A stretch of 36,901 bases of DNA, from positions 1 to 36,901 of the forward strand of contig NIVC01000325.1 in the NCBI GenBank assembly GCA_002269645.1, read 5' to 3'. This DNA is from Macrostomum lignano. Its lineage: Eukaryota. Positions within the stretch are counted from its first letter, which is position 1. Every line of letters begins with the position of its first letter. The position numbers and the translations under genes are program-made. The notes under the pieces were generated by a model, which was given only the letters and a program-made list of their open reading frames with translations, had not been told where the DNA came from and made no database searches. Below are positions 31,980 through 36,901 of this stretch, piece by piece.

Positions 31980-32664
31980 TTTCCAAAGTTAGTTATAGTT
32001 TTTTCCTAAAACTCACTCTGCCCTGTCCCTATATTCACTTGATTTGATGCCAATGTTAAAAATCTATTTTGTTTCCTAATGTACATGATTCGTTTTTGCT
32101 GTTAAATGCTGGTTCGTGATGCTCCATCGTATCCCAGCTTCCCGCAATTGTACAATTTTTTACCCCAAAAATTGGTCATTTTTTCCTTCCGATAAAAATC
32201 GCTTTGTTTTACTCACTTTCCCCGTTTCAGTCAGTAGTATTAGTGGCGCGCGTGAATTATTTCTCTCCAAATTTGGTTATATTAAACCCCACCCTCTTCC
32301 GCGCAAAAATTACAAGATTTCATTCATTCAAGTTGTTCTCAAAAGTTCTGCTGCTACTATAAGATTTTTCCTATTTTTTTCTTTTACACATTCTATTACT
32401 GAGCTAGTAGTAACTGTAGATTATTGCTTGGCACCTACCTAATTACTGTGAATAGTTGGTTGCGAACTAAAGATTATCTGCACCAGCTGTTGATTGCTTA
32501 TCTATATATATTAATATAATAATCAGTGATGGATCTGGCTTAACTACCCCTGTCATTCATGCATGAGCTCATGCTAATGCCCAAACTGTCTGCTTCAGTA
32601 CAATCTCCATGCAGCTTCTTTGTTATTTTTTATATTCAAATGATAATTCAAGCCCTTATTACCT

Positions 32665-35600
32665 TGAGGGTGAGATTTTGAAATTAGTCAGGATTGAGGG
32701 GTGAGATTTTGAAATTAGTCTGTTGTGAGGGGTGAGATTTTGAATTAATCGGTTGTGAGGGGTGAGATTTTGAAATTAGTCAGGATTGAGGGGTGAGATT
32801 TTGAAATTAGTCTGTTGTGAGGGGTGAGATTTTGAATTAATCGGTTGTGAGGGGTGAGATTTTGAAATTAGTCTGTTGTGAGGGGTGAGATTTTGGAGTT
32901 CGTCAGTTGTGACGTGTGAGATTTTGGAGTTCGTCAGTTTTGAGGGATGAGATTTTGGAATTAGTCAGTTGTGAGGGGTGAGATTTTGGAATTAGTCAGT
33001 TGTGAGGGGTGAGATTTTGGAATTAATCGGTTGTGAGGGGTGAGATTTTTTAATTAATCGGTTGTGAGGGGTGAGATTTTTGAATTAGTCAGTTGTGAGG
33101 GGTGAGATTTTTGAATTAATCGGTTGTGAGAGGTGAGATTTTGGAATTAGTCAGTTGTGAGGGGTGAGATTTTTGAATTAATCGGTTGTGAGGGGTGAGA
33201 TTTTTTAATTAATCAGTTGTGAGGGGTGAGATTTTTTAATTAATCGGTTGTGAGGGGTGAGATTTTTTAATTAATCGGTTGTGAGGGGTGAGATTTTTTA
33301 ATTAATCGGTTGTGAGGGGTGAGATTTTGGAATTAATTGGTTGTGAGGGGTGAGATTTTTTAATTAATCGGTTTTGAGGGGTGAGAGTTTGGAATTATCG
33401 GTTGTGAGAGGTGAGATTTTGGAATTATCGGTTATGAGGGGTGAGATTTTGGAATTAGTCAGTTGTGAGGGGTGAGAGTTTGGAATTAATCGGTTGTGAG
33501 GGGTGAGATTTTGGAATTAGTCAGTTGTGAGGGGTGAGATTTTGGAATTAGTCAGTTGTGAGGGGTGAGATTTTGGAATTATCGGTTGTGAGGGGTGAGA
33601 TTTTGGAATTAGTCAGTTGTGAGGGGTGAGATTTTGGAATTAGTCAGTTGTGAGGGGTGAGATTTTGGAATTATCGGTTGTGAGGAGTGAGATTTTTTAA
33701 TTAATCGGTTGTGAGGGGTGAGAGTTTGGAATTAATCGGTTGTGAGGGGTGAGATTTTTAATTAATCGGTTGTGAGGGGTGAGATTTTGGAATTAATCGG
33801 TTGTGAGAGATGAGATTTTGGAATTAATCGGTTGTGAGGGATGAGATTTTGGAATTAGTCAGTTGTGAGGGGTGAGATTTTGGAATTATCGGTTGTGAGG
33901 GGTGAGATTTTGGAATTAATCGGTTGTGAGGGATAAGATTTTTTAATTAATCAGTTGTGAGGGGTGAGATTTTGGAATTAATTGGTTGTGAGGGGTGAGA
34001 TTTTTTAATTAATCGGTTGTGAGGGGTGAGAGTTTGGAATTATCGGTTGTGAGAGGTGAGATTTTGGAATTATCGGTTGTGAGGGGTGAGATTTTGGAAT
34101 TAGTCAGTTGTGAGGGGTGAGAGTTTGGAATTAATCGGTTGTGAGGGGTGAGATTTTGGAATTAGTCAGTTGTGAGGGTGAGATTTTGGAATTAGTCAGT
34201 TGTGAGGGGTGAGATTTTGGAATTATCGGTTGTGAGGAGTGAGATTTTTTAATTAATCGGTTGTGAGGGGTGAGAGTTTGGAATTAATCGGTTGTGAGGG
34301 GTGAGATTTTTTAATTAATCGGTTGTGAGGGGTGAGATTTTGGAATTAATCGGTTGTGAGAGATGAGATTTTGGAATTAGTCAGTTGTGAGGGGTGAGAT
34401 TTTGGAATTAGTCAGTTGTGAGGGGTGGGATTTTGGAATTATCGGTTGTGAGGAGTGAGATTTTTTAATTAATCGGTTGTGAGGGGTGAGAGTTTGGAAT
34501 TAATCGGTTGTGAGGGTGAGATTTTTTAATTAATCGGTTGTGAGGGGTGAGATTTTGGAATTAATCGGTTGTGAGGGATGAGATTTTGGAATTAGTCAGT
34601 TGTGAGGGGTGAGATTTTGGAATTATCGGTTGTGAGGGGTGAGATTTTGGAATTAATCGGTTGTGAGGAATGAGATTTTGGAATTAGTCAGTTGTGAGGG
34701 GTGAGATTTTGGAATTAATCGGTTGTGAGGGATGAGATTTTAGAATTAATCCGTTGTGAGGGATGAGATTTTGGAATTAATCGGTTGTGAGAGATGAGAT
34801 TTTGGAATTAATCGGTTGTGAGGGATGAGATTTTGGAATTAGTCAGTTGTGAGGGGTGAGATTTTGGAATTATCGGTTGTGAGGGGTGAGATTTTGGAAT
34901 TAATCGGTTGTGAGGGATGAGATTTTTTAATTAATCAGTTGTGAGGGGTGAGATTTTGGAATTAATTGGTTGTGAGGGGTGAGATTTTTTAATTAATCGG
35001 TTGTGAGGGGTGAGAGTTTGGAATTATCGGTGTGTGAGAGGTGAGATTTTGGAATTATCGGTTGTGAGGGGTGAGATTTTGGAATTAGTCAGTTGTGAGG
35101 GGTGAGAGTTTGGAATTAATCGGTTGTGAGGGGTGAGATTTTGGAATTAGTCAGTTGTGAGGGGTGAGATTTTGGAATTAGTCAGTTGTGAGGGGTGAGA
35201 TTTTGGAATTATCGGTTGTGAGGAGTGAGATTTTTTAATTAATCGGTTGTGAGGGGTGAGAGTTTGGAATTAATCGGTTGTGAGGGGTGAGATTTTTTAA
35301 TTAATCGGTTGTGAGGGGTGAGATTTTGGAATTAATCGGTTGTGAGAGATGAGATTTTGGAATTAGTCAGTTGTGAGGGGTGAGATTTTGGAATTAGTCA
35401 GTTGTGAGGGGTGGGATTTTGGAATTATCGGTTGTGAGGAGTGAGATTTTTTAATTAATCGGTTGTGAGGGGTGAGAGTTTGGAATTAATCGGTTGTGAG
35501 GGGTGAGATTTTTTAATTAATCGGTTGTGAGGGGTGAGATTTTGGAATTAATCGGTTGTGAGGGATGAGATTTTGGAATTAGTCAGTTGTGAGGGGTGAG

Positions 35601-36275
35601 ATTTTGGAATTATCGGTTGTGAGGGGTGAGATTTTGGAATTAATCGGTTGTGAGGAATGAGATTTTGGAATTAGTCAGTTGTGAGGGGTGAGATTTTGGA
35701 ATTAATCGGTTGTGAGGGATGAGATTTTAGAATTAATCCGTTGTGAGGGATGAGATTTTGGAATTAATCCGTTGTGAGGGATGAGATTTTGGAATTATCG
35801 GTTGTGAGGGGTGAGATTTTTTAATTAATCGGTTGTGAGGGGTGAGAGTTTGGAATTAATCGGTTGTGAGGGGTGAGATTTTTTAATTATTCGGTTGTGA
35901 GGGTGAGATTTTGGAATTAATCGGTTGTGAGGGATGAGATTTTGGAATTAGTCAGTTGTGAGGGGTGAGATTTTGGAATTAATCGGTTGTGAGGGATGAG
36001 ATTTTGGAATTAATCCGTTGTGAGGGATGAGATTTTGGAATTAATCCGTTGTGAGGGATGAGATTTTGGAATTATTGGTTGTGAGGGGTGAGATTTTTAA
36101 TTAATCGGTTGTGAGGGGTGAGAGTTTGGAATTAATCGGTTGTGAGGGGTGAGATTTTTTAATTATTCGGTTGTGAGGGGTGAGATTTTGGAATTAATCG
36201 GTTGTGAGGGATGAGATTTTGGAATTAATCGGTTGTGAGGGATGAGATGGAATTAATCGGTTGTGAGGGTGTGAT
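32665..36275 (+). repeat. ~31-bp minisatellite, ~115 units
   Basis: Unit GAGGGGTGAGATTTTGGAATTAATCGGTTGT with recurrent variants (TAGTCAG, TTTTAATT, AGAGTTTG). Confidence 0.98.
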
Positions 36276-36454
36276 ATTGAGCTGTTTACATAGAAATGAA
36301 AAGTCGTATCGTTTTAAAATATCTATTTTGTGCAGAAGAATTTTGTAAAATATTCATTTGTATTCTCATATGTGATTTATTTTAGGATAAATATTTTATC
36401 GAATAACATCAGAGCAGTTGTTGTGTTGCTATAAGCATCTCAGTAGTCTTTGCT

Positions 36455-36618
36455 CTATAGCCGTGATGGCCTTGTGGGAATCGCGGTTATGATACTCGGC
36501 TTGATTTCTGAGCTGCTCATCACTGGGTGCTTGGAGCCGCCGGTGACGGAGCCACTTTGCCCAATTTGCCTGACTTTGGAGATCTCAGAATTATGGCAGC
36601 TCCCAGCACCAGCAACAG
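36455..36618 (-). CDS. Candidate terminal exon of a gene entering from the right edge
   Basis: Acceptor ccattttcag|CT, then an open phase-1 frame (VAGAGSCHNSEISKVRQ...PTRPSRL) to TAG at 36455. AATAAA about 75 nt downstream on the minus strand. No homology recognised. Confidence 0.4.
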
Positions 36619-36669
36619 CTGAAAATGGCAGGCGAAAACTCGATCATTTTGTTTCGAAATTTGATCCTT

Positions 36670-36901
36670 GGTAGAGGGTCAGAGGCTGTGTACATTGGGT
36701 AGAGGGTCAGAGGCTGTGTACATTGGGGTAAGAGGGTTAGAGCTGTGTACATTGGGGTAAGAGGGTTAGAGGCTGTGTACATTGGGTAAGAGGGTTAGAG
36801 GCTGTGTACATTGGGGTAAGAGGGTTAGAGGCTGTGTACATTGGGGTAAGAGGGTTAGAGGCTGTGTACATTGGGTAAGAGGGTTAGAGGCTGTGTACAT
36901 T
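36670..36901 (+). repeat. 30/31-bp minisatellite running off the window edge
   Basis: Unit GGGTAAGAGGGTTAGAGGCTGTGTACATTG(G). Confidence 0.96.

Noticed and set aside
31342-31992. 216-aa repetitive ORF
   Set aside because: Translation of the 20-bp array. No ATG start, splice support or domain.
32665-36901. Subtelomere or telomere-variant repeats (TGAGGG, GGGTTAG) and G-quadruplex array
   Set aside because: Units are 30-31 bp rather than hexameric, G-runs are too far apart for canonical G4, and a probable gene continues past the right edge.

Overview
Eukaryotic (metazoan) genomic DNA with GT-AG introns. GC-rich Ala/Gln-rich exons and minisatellite-filled introns resemble the flatworm Macrostomum, but that species assignment is an impression only. 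Well-supported genes: (1) a minus-strand tetraspanin (at least 5 coding exons, 7822 to 2197, last exon uncertain); (2) an intronless isopentenyl phosphate kinase (IPK)-like gene (9978-10958, minus); (3) an intronless ~7-TM orphan membrane protein (15658-16983, plus); (4) a 7-exon FEM-1 (FEM1A/C-type) ankyrin-repeat CRL2 substrate receptor (21307-30613, plus, ~775 aa). Less certain are a multi-exon gene head-to-head with fem-1 and the terminal exon of a gene entering from the right edge. About 30% of the window is nine unrelated or loosely related minisatellite arrays; there is also a tRNA-derived SINE and several hairpin-rich element fragments. The most unusual signal is a ~4.3 kb CpG desert (~20280-24560) over the 5' ends of the head-to-head gene pair. 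It is rich in CTAG/TAGGCCTA words that read like CG-to-TA double conversions; stop codons in decayed frames revert to Arg codons when TA is read as CG; and the first coding exons keep CpG only in Arg codons, while all other exons in the window are CpG-rich. All counts are manual and approximate.
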